Notes under the pieces: model-generated | Seen by the model: the letters and a program-made list of their open reading frames with translations, nothing else | Databases searched by the model: none | Told to the model about the DNA's origin: nothing | Assembly (NCBI GenBank): GCA_951406725.2 | Contig: OX597829.1 | Span: 38,874,001 to 38,938,000, forward strand | Direction: 5' to 3' | From: Octopus vulgaris | Taxonomy: Eukaryota | Length of the DNA stretch: 64,000 nucleotides | Shown: positions 30,970 through 42,740 of the stretch, piece by piece | Layout of the letters: each line of letters starts with the position of its first letter | How positions within the stretch are numbered: the stretch's first letter is position 1 | Program-made: the position numbers and the translations under genes

Positions 30970-33374
30970 ATGTTGTGGTGTGTGTTAGTGCTCCATTCTA
31001 GTTTTCTATTCAGGCTAGGTTTATTTTATATTATGTGTGTAGCTTCTGTAATTTGTCTAATTGTTGCATCTGTTCTATGTGTGGACAATATTTTAATTTC
31101 TATGTTATTGATTGATCCCCCGTGTTCCTGTTTGGTGTGTTGGTACAGAATCTATGAGCTTTTACCTTCCTTGAGTTGTCTCCAATGTTCATTTACCCGC
31201 TCTCCTATGCTTCTTGCCATTTCCCCTACGTATGTCGTTGTCTTGTTACTGCATCGTCCCTCTATACATCTTATACTATAGACTACATTTCTGGCTTTAC
31301 AGTTTGTTTGTGGGCTAAATCTACATACAGTACAGTACTTATCCATACAGGGGGTTCTACTAAAAGGATAGGTTCTACCAATTATAGATTTGATAGGGTT
31401 GCCTGGCTTTTCAACAACCTTAATTCTTAGCTTAAGTTTGTCTAGGGTCCTTCTAAAGCGGTATGCCAGTTCACCTCCAGGGGTGGTGTCAACGAACATG
31501 ACACTCTGGTATTTATGGCTATCATACCAAGAGTTGGCCTTCCCTATTTTCTTTTTTGTCCTTTCTATAGTGTTCCATGACTTGTTCCTATAGAGTGGGC
31601 AAATCCCATTCCTATCATTACATAATATATTATCAAATTTCTTCATGGCTCCTTTGTATACTCTGATCCTTTCTTTATGGCTGTAACCCGAGAACTGCAA
31701 GCGGTGAATGAAATATTGTATGTGTCTCTTTAACTCTGTGGGCTCGCACATGCGTGACACATTTCTCATTATTCTGACGAGGTTTGCCATCAAAATATTG
31801 AATTTGGCATTGTCCGCAATGGCTGAGTTCCGGTGGATCAAGTATTTTGAGGCCATAGGTTTGGTATAGTATGAATGAAGGATTTGGGTTTTATTATTCA
31901 CAATTTCTAGCCAGAGTTCAGTGTCTAGTACTGGTAGTCTATGGTTGGGGTGTTTAGTGGGGTAGTCTATTGTGACCTTAATACTCTGGTAGATGGAGTT
32001 AGCTATTTGCTGGATGCTCTCCATAGTATTAGTTTCTATCACTATATCAACATTACTCTCTTGTGGGGGTGCCTTTACCACTATGTTGATATCAACATAG
32101 CGAGAGTACATGTTTACGAGTATGGAGTTCTGTGTTAGGCGTTCTTTAAGCCTTCTGTCCCACCATACCATGAAACAGTTGGCCACATCACTAGCGATAC
32201 TAACGCCGATGGCTGCCCCCTCGTCCTGGGCATATATTCTATTATTAAACTTAAACGTGTGGCCTTTTAGGGTAACTCTTATACTAGCTCCTAGTGCATG
32301 TGTGATCATTTTCTTTATCTGATGGACATTTGCGGGGCTCCGTATGGCTCTGGTCCATCCGCGCCATCTTTCTATATGTGTCTTCCTAGCCATAGAAGTA
32401 ATTGTGGGCAGTCTACCTCTTAAACATCTACTGGGGCAGAAACTACTAAGATTATGTTTATCTAAGTATTCATTATTACATGTCAGTCTAAGTAGGAGGC
32501 CCAGTTCTTCTGTGTTGACATTACGGAACTCCACCTGGCTCTCATTGATCATTTCCATGCACTTCTCCACTGCAAAATCTACGTCGATCGATGGGTATAG
32601 GGATACCACATCCATGCTACCCACCATACATCCTGTCAGGTCACAAGTGTTGTTACAGTCATCGATCCTGCTGAGGAGATCTGTGCTGTCACAAACATCA
32701 GGTGACATCCGGATTATAGGGCGTATGATCATTGAGAGGAAGTAGGAGATTCTGTAATTGCTAGCGATATTCGCTCCACAGACTGGTCTTGTTGGTGGTC
32801 CTGCTATAGGGTCAGTAATTACTTTATGGTCCTTGCAAAGTCCATACAGTGCTGGGATATTATTGTTCCAGGCTTGGAAATTATTTGCTGTACGTTTCTG
32901 GGGTCCCAGAACAATTGTCCACATCATCATGTGGGTGTTGAGGACCTTTTCTCTCTCCTCATGCGCCTGTACAGTTGTTATTTTTGTATTGGCGATATGA
33001 GGTTGCATTGCCTGGATGTAGTTCGGTAAGCTGTCTATTGACATCCTGTCGGACTTATCTGTGGGAAGGCATACCACCTCTCCATTCCTCGTGCGCTGAA
33101 TGAGCTTATGTAGGCAACATGCAGGTTTAATCCCGAGTTGTTGGGCCTCTGTCTTATTCTGTCTCTGTCTCTTAGTGTATAATCCTAAAATCTGTCTAAG
33201 TTTGGTCCTAGCTATAGTGAACTGTGCTTCCATATGGTCATTAGTATGTCTTGGGATGTAGACTCTTTTGTTGAAGGGTAATGTTGTTGGATAAATCCGG
33301 CTCATGCAGTAAGTTTTGTCACATACGTTGAAGAATTGAGTGTCAAAGGAGTGGGTATACATGTCAATGGTCAT
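30970..33374 (-). pseudogene. PLE reverse transcriptase / GIY-YIG endonuclease ORF, inactivated
   Basis: Motifs PTDKS, LYGLCKDHK, PTRPVCGA, SMDVVSLYPSI, QDEGAAIG and RYVD-INI (one Asp missing from YVDD). Cys linker CMDKYCTVC and VVYSIRC...YVGEMARSIGERVNEH. The frame continues past TAG (31152) and a TAA to RQITEATHI...LNRKLEW. A frameshifted Asn/Gly-rich N-terminus extends to about 33900. Confidence 0.9.
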
Positions 33375-33974
33375 TCTAGGGTTATCTTCATTATCGTTAC
33401 TGTTTCCATCATCAGCCTCCCTATTATTATTACCACCATTACCACTACTACTATTATTACTATTACCACCACAACTACCATCATTACTACTTCTACTGTT
33501 ACCACCACCACCACTACTACTACCACTATTATTGTTATTACCGTTATTCCTACCATTGCCATTATTACTATCATTCTGATATTTTCATTGTTCCTGTTTC
33601 TGATGTATGTGTTGTTCATATTAGTGTTGGGTTTTATGTCTGTTTGTTGGTCCCTGTCATTCCCTCTGTTGTGGTTGTTATTTTTGTTCCTACGAGTATT
33701 GTTATTATTATCTGTTTCAAGTCTACTGACTCCCTGTCCAAGGATCCTGTTGCATTCAACTTTATTTTCCATCGTGACCCCCATGACACAACTTTTATTT
33801 GTGTCTTTGTGACTATGGTTATCTGTGTGTGTGTTTGTGTGTTGGTTCTCCCTATAATTGTTGTTGTTGTTGCTGTTGTATACGATTTTTTTTCTCTCTG
33901 TTTATGTTTTTGTATCTATACAAAATGGCTGACGGTTACTAAGGAGAGACACAAATAAGAAAGAAGAAAACAAA

Positions 33975-34019
33975 GGACCACTGATGCGGTCACAGGAGTG
34001 TGACGAAAGAACTCTGGCC
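33975..34019 (+). ncRNA. Identical hammerhead motif in the inverted 5' pLTR
   Basis: Exact reverse complement of 30530-30574. Confidence 0.6.
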
Positions 34020-34140
34020 GAAATAAGATTAAGATTAATGTAAAAATAAATAACACTGAAGCAAAATAACACCAAATATATAGTGCGTGTGTTTTTATTG
34101 GCTAAACTGGCAATATGACCATTCCGAAATATAACAATAT

Positions 34141-34953
34141 ATATATATACATACATATATACATTTATATATATATACATACATATATACATTTATATAT
34201 ATATACATACATATATACATTTATATATATATATACATACATATATACATTTATATATATATACATATACATTTATATATATATACATATACATTTATAT
34301 ATATGTACATATACATTTATATATATGTACATATACATTTATATATATATACATATACATTTATATATATATACATATACATTTATATATATATACATAT
34401 ACATTTATATATATATACATATACATTTATATATATATACATATACATTTATATATATATACATATACATTTATATATATATACATATACATTTATATAT
34501 ATATACATATACATTTATATATATATACATATACATTTATATATATATACATATACATTTATATACATACATATATACATTTATATATATATATATACAT
34601 ACATATATACATTTATATATATATATATATATACATACATACATACATACATTTATATATATATATATATATATATATACATACATACATTATATATATA
34701 TATATATATATACATACATACATACATACATTTATATATATATACATACATATATACATTTATATATACATACATATATACATTTATATATACATACATA
34801 TATACATTTATATATACATACATATATACATTTATATATACATACATATACACATTTATATATATATACATATATACATTTATATATATATATACATATA
34901 TACATTTATATATATATATATATACATATATATATACATACATACATATATAT

Positions 34954-34986
<33 letters not shown>

Positions 34987-35147
34987 CATACATATATACA
35001 TTTATATATATATACATATATACATTTATATATACATACATATATACATTTATATATATACATACATATATACATTTATATATATACATACATATATACA
35101 TTTATATATATATATATATATATACATATATATACATATATACACAT
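34141..35147. repeat. (TATACATT)-type compound microsatellite, about 1 kb
   Basis: Direct reading. Confidence 0.97.
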
Positions 35148-35506
35148 AAAGAGAGAGGGGGAAGAGAGAGGTGCATTCATATACATGCTTACATGAGCAT
35201 GTATGTGTGTGTGCATATATACATATTCACACTCGCTCAGACATACTGACACAAATATTTATACATACACATACACACGCACACGCACACATATATACCA
35301 AGCATCTAAATTCCAACACATCAACAATGCATTTGTTCATTGAGTCAGCCTTACAAACACAAAAGCAAACACACATATTTCTTCAGACATGCATACATGT
35401 ATGTGTGTTCATGCATGCTTTATGTATATACACAATTGTGCAAACTAGCCTTATACAGCAGCACATACTTGTTCGGGTTAACAGTTAATGATTTCAGTTA
35501 TAATTG

Positions 35507-35547
<41 letters not shown>

Positions 35548-35652
35548 TTTAGCTTAATGACCAATAGGCCTTGGACATTGTCAGTGACAGTAAATAGTCA
35601 CATGATATAATCAGTAACCAATGGTAATTGGAGATCAGGATATGTTCAGTTG

Positions 35653-36810
35653 TCAAGAATCGGAACATTCTACAGACTTGCTAAGTATATTTAGTTGTTT
35701 GTCAGCAATTTGTGGCTGATTAATTGTTGTTGTTTCTGCTGCTGCTGCTGCTGTTGTTGTTGTTGTTGTAGCTGCTACTCCTGGTGTTGTTGGTGGTTGC
35801 GATTCAGGTGACATTGTCGGTATAATAGTTGTTGCTGTTGTGGTTGAAGTTGTTGTTGTTGTTGTTGTTGTTGTTACTGCTGCAGTAGCTGCTATTGCTG
35901 TTGCTGCTGCAGGTGTGGCTGTTGTTGACGACGACGACGACGATGACGGTAACGATGACGATGACGATGATGACAATGATGACCAGGCTGCAGTTGCGGG
36001 AGACGTTGATGATGATGATGATGATGACAACAACAACGACGGTTGTTGCGCGGGCTGTAGTAGAGCAGCTGCTTCTGGAAGGAGATGATCTTGGTGAGGA
36101 GTGACTGTGGCGGTGGGAGGTGATGGAGATTGTTGTTGTTGTTGTTGAACTGGCACTTCATTTTGTTCCTGTTCCTCTTCTTCTTCTTCTTCTTCTTCTT
36201 CTTGGTGGTGCAATGGTGTTGGTGTTGTTGGTGACGGTGGTGATGGTGGTAGCATTGGTGGTGATATCACAACGGACATTTGTGGGTATTTGGAAATACT
36301 GTGTTCTAGCTCCTCTGAGGCACCACCTCCAGTGACTGCACCACTAGATCTCATTGCATTAGTGGCCTTCATGCTTGGTCTACTGCTGTCAAAAACACCG
36401 TTACCGTTTCCATAGCCATCACCATCGCTACCATTATCAATGTTTGTGCCATCATTGATGCTACCTTCATTAGCTTCCATCATTCCTTCTGTTACATCAG
36501 GAGGCACAACCGAAATGGAAAGGACTGGTAATGGACTGGAGGAATTTGACTGAAGACCAGCAGAAACAGGAAGAGTGGGTTGAGCTTGTTCAACCTTTTG
36601 ACGTTCTTCTTCTTGTTGATCAAGGCAATGCTGCAAACCTGCACAATAGTGTAGTAGCTGCATCATTAGTCGTTCATTTTGCTCATCAATCATTCTGATC
36701 TCTGCCTGATAGACTTTCTTCATAGCAGGATCATTAATGCTTTTCTCTTTCTTAGTCAACTGGCCCTTGTATTCTGTCGCTTGATCAATTTGTTCTTGGA
36801 CAATGCTTAC
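35653..36810 (-). CDS. PDZD8: Terminal coding exon of a PDZD8-like gene (C-terminal coiled coil plus low-complexity tail)
   Basis: Minus-strand polypyrimidine tract and acceptor ttgtttttgtttactttcag| at 36811. The exon reads VSIVQEQIDQATEYKGQLTKKEKSINDPAMKK...EQNERLMMQLLHYCAGLQHCLD. This aligns without gaps to the PDZD8 C-terminal coiled coil as I recall it (LQxEIDQExE...EEKETTD..KK...ERLQALTLLMIHYRAGI). Stop TGA at 35653-35655. The ORF-track start at 36912 lies in intronic SINE/TAA repeat. Confidence 0.75.
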   Translation of the reverse strand, partial: VSIVQEQIDQATEYKGQLTKKEKSINDPAMKKVYQAEIRMIDEQNERLMMQLLHYCAGLQHCLDQQEEERQKVEQAQPTLPVSAGLQSNSSSPLPVLSISVVPPDVTEGMMEANEGSINDGTNIDNGSDGDGYGNGNGVFDSSRPSMKATNAMRSSGAVTGGGASEELEHSISKYPQMSVVISPPMLPPSPPSPTTPTPLHHQEEEEEEEEEEQEQNEVPVQQQQQQSPSPPTATVTPHQDHLLPEAAALLQPAQQPSLLLSSSSSSSTSPATAAWSSLSSSSSSSLPSSSSSSSTTATPAAATAIAATAAVTTTTTTTTTSTTTATTIIPTMSPESQPPTTPGVAATTTTTTAAAAAETTTINQPQIADKQLNILSKSVECSDS

Positions 36811-37342
36811 CTGAAAGTAAACAAAAACAACAATTTTAATAACAATGAAAACAACAACAACAACAATAATAATAATAATGATGATAATAATAATTCTTTC
36901 TACAATAGGCACAGGATCTGAAATTTTTGGGAGAGGAAGCTACTTGGCTGCATCGACCTCAGTACATTCTGAGTTCAAATTCCGCCAAGGTCGACTTTGC
37001 CTTTCATCCTTTTCGGGGGTCAATAAATTAAGTACCTGTTACGCACTGGGGTCGATATAATCAACTTAATTCGTTTGTCTGTCCTTGTTTGTCCTCTCTG
37101 TGTTTAGCCCCTTGTGGGTAGTAAAGAAATAGATAAATAATGATAATAATAATTGTTCCTACCATAGTCTCAAGACCTGAAGTTTTAGAGGAAAGGGTTA
37201 TTTATTGCATAAAAATTCAGTGCTCAATTGATGCTTATTTCATTGACCCCGAAAGAATGAAAGGAAGAAAAAAATTGGCCTCTACAGAATTTGAATACAG
37301 AAAGTAGAGCTGGAAGAAATCCTGCTAAATATTTTGTCCAGC

Positions 37343-37403
<61 letters not shown>

Positions 37404-37778
37404 TGATGATGGTAATAATACCAACAACAAAGATAAAATAATATTCAATAATGGTTTTTAACAAATGAATTATAAATAAAAAAGCATATTACAAAAGAAT
37501 GTTAAAAAATGCAAAAAAGAAAAAAGGACAAAACAAGCATTGTGAAAGTGAAACAGAACTGTGATGAAATTTTTTGTGCAAGTATGAAAACTTATTTCAC
37601 AACAAAAACATACTTTTCCCTTAAAAAAAAAAAAAAAAAAAAAAAAAATCAAAAATTAAAATCTACACCCGGCTTAACTATTTTTAACCACAGTTTACAA
37701 AATTATGTGTGTGTGTGTGTGTGTGTACAAGAAAAAGAGGTGACAAAGGAATAAATGATTATCTAATGAATGCCATTA

Positions 37779-37846
37779 GCTTACAGCTGTTTCTGCTATT
37801 AGGTGCAGTGCACTCATAGTTGAGTGCCTTAGTAACACCTTAGAGT
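37779..37846 (-). ncRNA. Degenerate hammerhead remnant
   Basis: Long stem II (UGUUACUAAGG...CCUAAUAGCA), then GAAA-CAGCUG-UA with a palindromic stem III. The CUGANGA is decayed to CUAAGG. Confidence 0.4.
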
Positions 37847-38009
37847 TTATAGATCTAGTATTGGAAGATCGAAAGGACATCTATCTGCTTGCAACTATAC
37901 GTCCCTGCAATAACTGATAATAAAGAGAGTGGTGAAAGCTGAAATCATATCATGCATGACTGCAATACGCATGCATATATGCCTATACACACACACACAC
38001 GTACACAAG

Positions 38010-38052
<43 letters not shown>

Positions 38053-38130
38053 TCATCATCATCATCATCATCATCATCGTTTAACGTCCGTTCTCCATGC
38101 TAGCATGGGTTATATATATATATACTCTAT

Positions 38131-38362
38131 CTTTTTTACTTGTTTCAGTCATGTGACTGTGGCCATGCCAGAGCACTGCCTTTAGTCAGGCAAATCGCCC
38201 CCAGGACTTATTCTTTGGAAGCCTAGTACTTATTCTATTGGTCTCTTTTGCCGATCCGTTAAGTTACGGGGCCGTAAACACACCAGCATCGGTTGTCAAG
38301 CAATGTTGGGAGACAAACACAGATACACAAACATATACACACACACATATATATATATATAT

Positions 38363-38400
<38 letters not shown>

Positions 38401-38561
38401 GATGGGCTTCTTTTCAGTTTCCATCTAACAAATCCACTCACAAGACTTTGGTCAGCCCGAAGTTATAGTAGAAGACACTTGCCCAAGGTGCCACGCAGTG
38501 GGACTGAACCCAGAACCATGTGGTTCGTAAGCAAGCTACTTATCACACAGCCACTCCTACG

Positions 38562-38565
<4 letters not shown>
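38131..38565 (-). mobile_element. SINE family A
   Basis: Full-length match. Confidence 0.85.
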
Positions 38566-38620
<55 letters not shown>

Positions 38621-38983
38621 AGATATATATATAAATTAGAGAAAAACAACCTTTTATCAATTCAATTGCTATGTTTTATCTTATATTTAATCTTTCTATA
38701 AGATGTAATTTTTCTAAATGGTATAATTTAATTTTTCATTATTGAATTGATAAAAGGTAGCTTTTTTCTAATTTATATATATATATACAAATTGAGATAG
38801 GGGTTGTAAATGCAACCCTCTATGGGATAACGTATATCCAATATACTGCTAGTGAAGTACCCAACAACGTTAATACATAAATGTTAAGGATTGCGATGCA
38901 ATCATATATATTATATTTTGTGAAATTTGATTTAGTATTTCTAAATTGAATTTTTCCCTATAAGTTTGGAATAATATTCCCTC

Positions 38984-39096
<113 letters not shown>

Positions 39097-39282
39097 GTAT
39101 GTATGTATAAAAGGAGCTTGCCTCCCTTGCGAGTCATAAGATTCAATGCTTGCTTTTGGCTAAGAGTTGTTTTGACTTATTTCTAGCAATGCTGGTACTG
39201 ACTAATACCCTAAGTCACTTTAGTGACGTATATACTTCTGCCTTGCAGTTGTAAATTGCAAATAAGCCACCTTTATTATTTA

Positions 39283-39678
39283 TAGGTGTAGGAGTGGCTG
39301 TGTGATAAGTAGCTTGCTCACCAACCACATGGCTCTGGGTTCAGTCCCACTGCGTGGTACCTTGGGCAAGTGTCTTCTACTATAGCCTCGGGCTGACCAA
39401 AGTCTTGTGAATGGATTTGGTAGACGGAAACTGAAAGAAGCCCATCATATATATGTATATACATCTATATATGTATGTGTGTGTGGATATGTTTGTCCCT
39501 CCAACATCGCTTGACAACCGATGCTGGTGTGTTTACGTCCCCGTAACTTAGCGGTTCGGCAAAAGAGACCGATGGAATAAGTACTAGGCTTACAAAGGAT
39601 AAGTCCTGGGGTCAATTTGCTCGACTAAAGGCGGTGCTCCAGCATGACCACAGTCAAATGATTGAAACAAGTAAAAGA

Positions 39679-39719
<41 letters not shown>

Positions 39720-39922
39720 GATATATGTATGCGCATGTGTTTTTGTAAGCATATATGCATATGTATTGCATGTATGATTTTTCTTTTTTTTTTCTTTTAC
39801 TTGTTTCAGTCATTTGACTGTGGCCATGCTGGAGCACCACCTTTAGTCGAGCAAATCGACCCCGGGACTTATTCTTTTGTAAGCCCAGTACTTATTCTAT
39901 CGGTCTCTTTTGCCGAACCGCT
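39283..39922. mobile_element. SINE family A (+, 39283-39680) followed by an inverted tail copy (39793-39922)
   Basis: Tail-to-tail arrangement. Confidence 0.85.
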
Positions 39923-40502
39923 ATGAGTATCAGCCATCACCACTCTATTATTAGTTATTGCATGGCTGTGTAGTTGCCAGCAGAGATACATCCATTCACT
40001 CTTCCAATGCTAGACCTAGTGGAACATCCAAAATGTGACTGGAGAGAGAGAGAGAAAGAGAGTAGGGTGGTAATTGATTTTCAACCCTGGAAAAAAATGA
40101 AAGGCAACATTATCATAGCAGGATTTGAACTCAAGATGTGAAGCACTGCAACTAAATGCTACAAAACATTACCTGCTGCTCTAAAAACTTTTGTCAATTT
40201 CACTGCTGCTACTAATACTACTAGCATTAATTCTAAATGGGGAACAAAAACAACATGACCAACAACAATAAGAAACAGTTTGATTTTGAAGGGAAAAACA
40301 TATACAGTATTCTAAATTTGCTATTCAATTACAAGTAGCTTTGTATTTAAAGAACCTTGAGATAAATAAAAGAAAAAATGTGAACATGCCAGAATAACTG
40401 TTGATAATATGCATTATTCTGCTTGTCACAACATTCATTTATTCAAGTGTTAGGTTTTAAACAACCTTAACAATGGAAGAAAATCAAAGACATAATGAAA
40501 CC

Positions 40503-40671
40503 ATAAAGTGATAGTATGTTGTCAACTTAATGTGACAGTCCCATAAAAGGGAAGAGTGCTACTGACTGTTATCTAGCCCTAGGAAACGGTGTTTCCTAGG
40601 GATAAATAACAATAGCATTCTTCCCTTTTATGGAACTGTCATATTAAGTTGACAACATACTATCACTTTAT
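40503..40671. repeat. Long foldback
   Basis: About 80-bp complementary arms centred near 40589. The inner part resembles 29418-29470. Confidence 0.88.
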
Positions 40672-41736
40672 AGTGCTGCTACTGCATAAATCTCTCTGAG
40701 AGACTTAGAAATATCATCATCATCGTTTAACGTCCGTTCTCCATGCTAGCATGGGTTGGACGGTTCGACCGGGGATCTGGGAAGCCAGAAGGCCGCACCA
40801 GACTCCAGTCTTATCTGGCAATGTTTCTACAGCTGGATGCCCTTCCTAATGCCAACCACTCCGTGAGTGTAGTGGGTGCTTTTTATGTGCCACCTGCACA
40901 GGTGCCAGGCGAGGCTGGCAACGGCCACGGTCGGATTGGTGTATTTTACGTGCCACCGGCACGGAAGCCAGTCGAGGCGGCGCTGGCATCGGCCACGAGT
41001 CGGATAGTGCTTTTTACGTACCACCAGTCCAGGGATCCTGGCTGGTTCGAAACTAGCTTGAGTGTTATGCATTAAACATTCTCTACTATGGATCTAAATT
41101 ACAATGTAATCAAAATCTTTAACGTAATACAGGTTCATGTGTTACACTTTAAACAGCCTTCATTATGAAATGAAATCAAAAGCATAATCAAAATATCTAA
41201 TGAAACTAGTTCAAGTGTTTGTGTTTTAAACAGTCTTAACTATGGAACAAAATCAAAGATGTACACAAAATCTTTGACACTGATTGCATGATGTTAACAT
41301 TCAATTACATCCAACACATTAAATCAAGGTAATAAGACAATAACACACACATATATATATATACAGACATTCCATCAGTTACACTAATGAGGGTTCCAGT
41401 TGATCTAATCAACAGAACAGCCTGATTATGAAATTAACATGCAAAACACATACCAATAACGTAGTTCTCTGGGAGATTCAGCATGACACAGAATGTGACA
41501 AGGCTGGTCCTTTTTCAAATACAGGTACTACTCATTTTTGCCAGCTGAGTGAACTGGAGCAACATGATACAGAGTGTCTTGCTCAAGGATACAACTCTCC
41601 ACCAGGAATCGAACTCACAGCCTTATGATCATGGGCCTAATAACCTAATCACTAAGATATGCACCTTCACTAACACACACATCATATATGGTAGACAGAA
41701 ACCTAAAGAAGCCTATTACATATATATATATACATA

Positions 41737-41886
41737 CTTTATTTAAAGCAGCAGAAAATTCAACAAAACCTGTTACTCTGAGTTTCACGTTGCCGTTCAT
41801 CGGACCTAGCAAAAACTGTCCGATGAACGGCAACGTGGAACTCAGAGTAACAGGTTTTGTTGAATTTTCTGCTACTTTAAATAAAG
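41737..41886. repeat. Foldback containing a hammerhead motif in each arm
   Basis: Arms 41737-41805 and 41818-41886. Plus arm CUGU-CCGAUGA-ACG(GCAA)CGU-GGAA-CUC(A)GAG-UA|ACAG; the minus arm has an intact GAAA. Confidence 0.8.
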
Positions 41887-41956
41887 CATATTACTCTACC
41901 ACTGGTATTTGAGTACTCTTTTTTCCACCTTGTTTCACATTTATGTGTTTACTCCG

Positions 41957-42015
<59 letters not shown>

Positions 42016-42047
42016 CACACACATGTTTGTATATGTGTGTGTGTATG

Positions 42048-42079
<32 letters not shown>

Positions 42080-42740
42080 AACACACATATATATATATAT
42101 ACACACATACACACACATATATACACACACACACACATACATACACACACACATATATATACACACACACACATATATATACGCACACGCATGTGCCCAC
42201 ACACAAATATATATGTATTTACTAGCTAGTGTACCTGGTAATTCCTGGAGGTAAAGATGTTCTACTGAAATGCCTTATTACTCTGATATAAGAAAGCAAT
42301 TTCATTATAACTGCCACAAAATGTGTATTTTCTGTCATGAAAAATACAAAAAAACTGTCAGCTGGAGGAGGGAGGGATCGTTGGAGGTTGGCGAGACAGG
42401 TTTTTGAGGTTGGTGAGAGAGGTTTTTGGAGGTTGAAGAGAAAGATTGTAAGAGGTTGGTGAGAGGCAAAGACATTATTCTACTTAGCGAAGGCATCTGG
42501 GAAATGTATAACTGCTGTCATTCACAGAAAAACTATTGTTTTACCATGAGAAAAATGCTGTTGAAATGTTAAGTTAAATTTGGCAATCAAGGATCGAATC
42601 TACACTATGCCTGCATGAAGCCACTACAAATATGTTGTGGAATAAAAAATTTATCTACAGTCACGGAGAAAGTGTAACTGTAAAAATGCAGAATTATTGG
42701 ATCAATGAGCATTAAAAAAAGTATGTATGTATAGAAATGT

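Larger units (their letters stand above)
30361..34140 (-). mobile_element. Near full-length Penelope-like retroelement (probably Naiad/Neptune-type) with inverted pLTRs
   Basis: RT plus GIY-YIG ORF. About 220-bp inverted terminal repeats (30414-30631 and 33918-34140). Flanked on both sides by TA-rich microsatellite. Each repeat contains a hammerhead motif. Confidence 0.92.

Noticed and set aside
30970-31154. Selenocysteine readthrough in the PLE (reported for some Naiads)
   Set aside because: The in-frame stops here are TAG and TAA, not TGA, and I saw no convincing SECIS.
33371-33374. ATGA stop-start coupling of two PLE ORFs
   Set aside because: Better explained by a frameshift near 33580. 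The RT frame stays open upstream as an Asn/Gly-rich tract.
36811-36912. N-terminus MPIVERIIII of the 419-aa ORF
   Set aside because: It derives from a SINE tail and TAA repeat (the same peptide starts ORF 45083-45325) and lies upstream of a clear splice acceptor.
42219-42740. Possible Helitron-like element starting ACTAG
   Set aside because: The termini are only suggestive and there is no second copy in the window.
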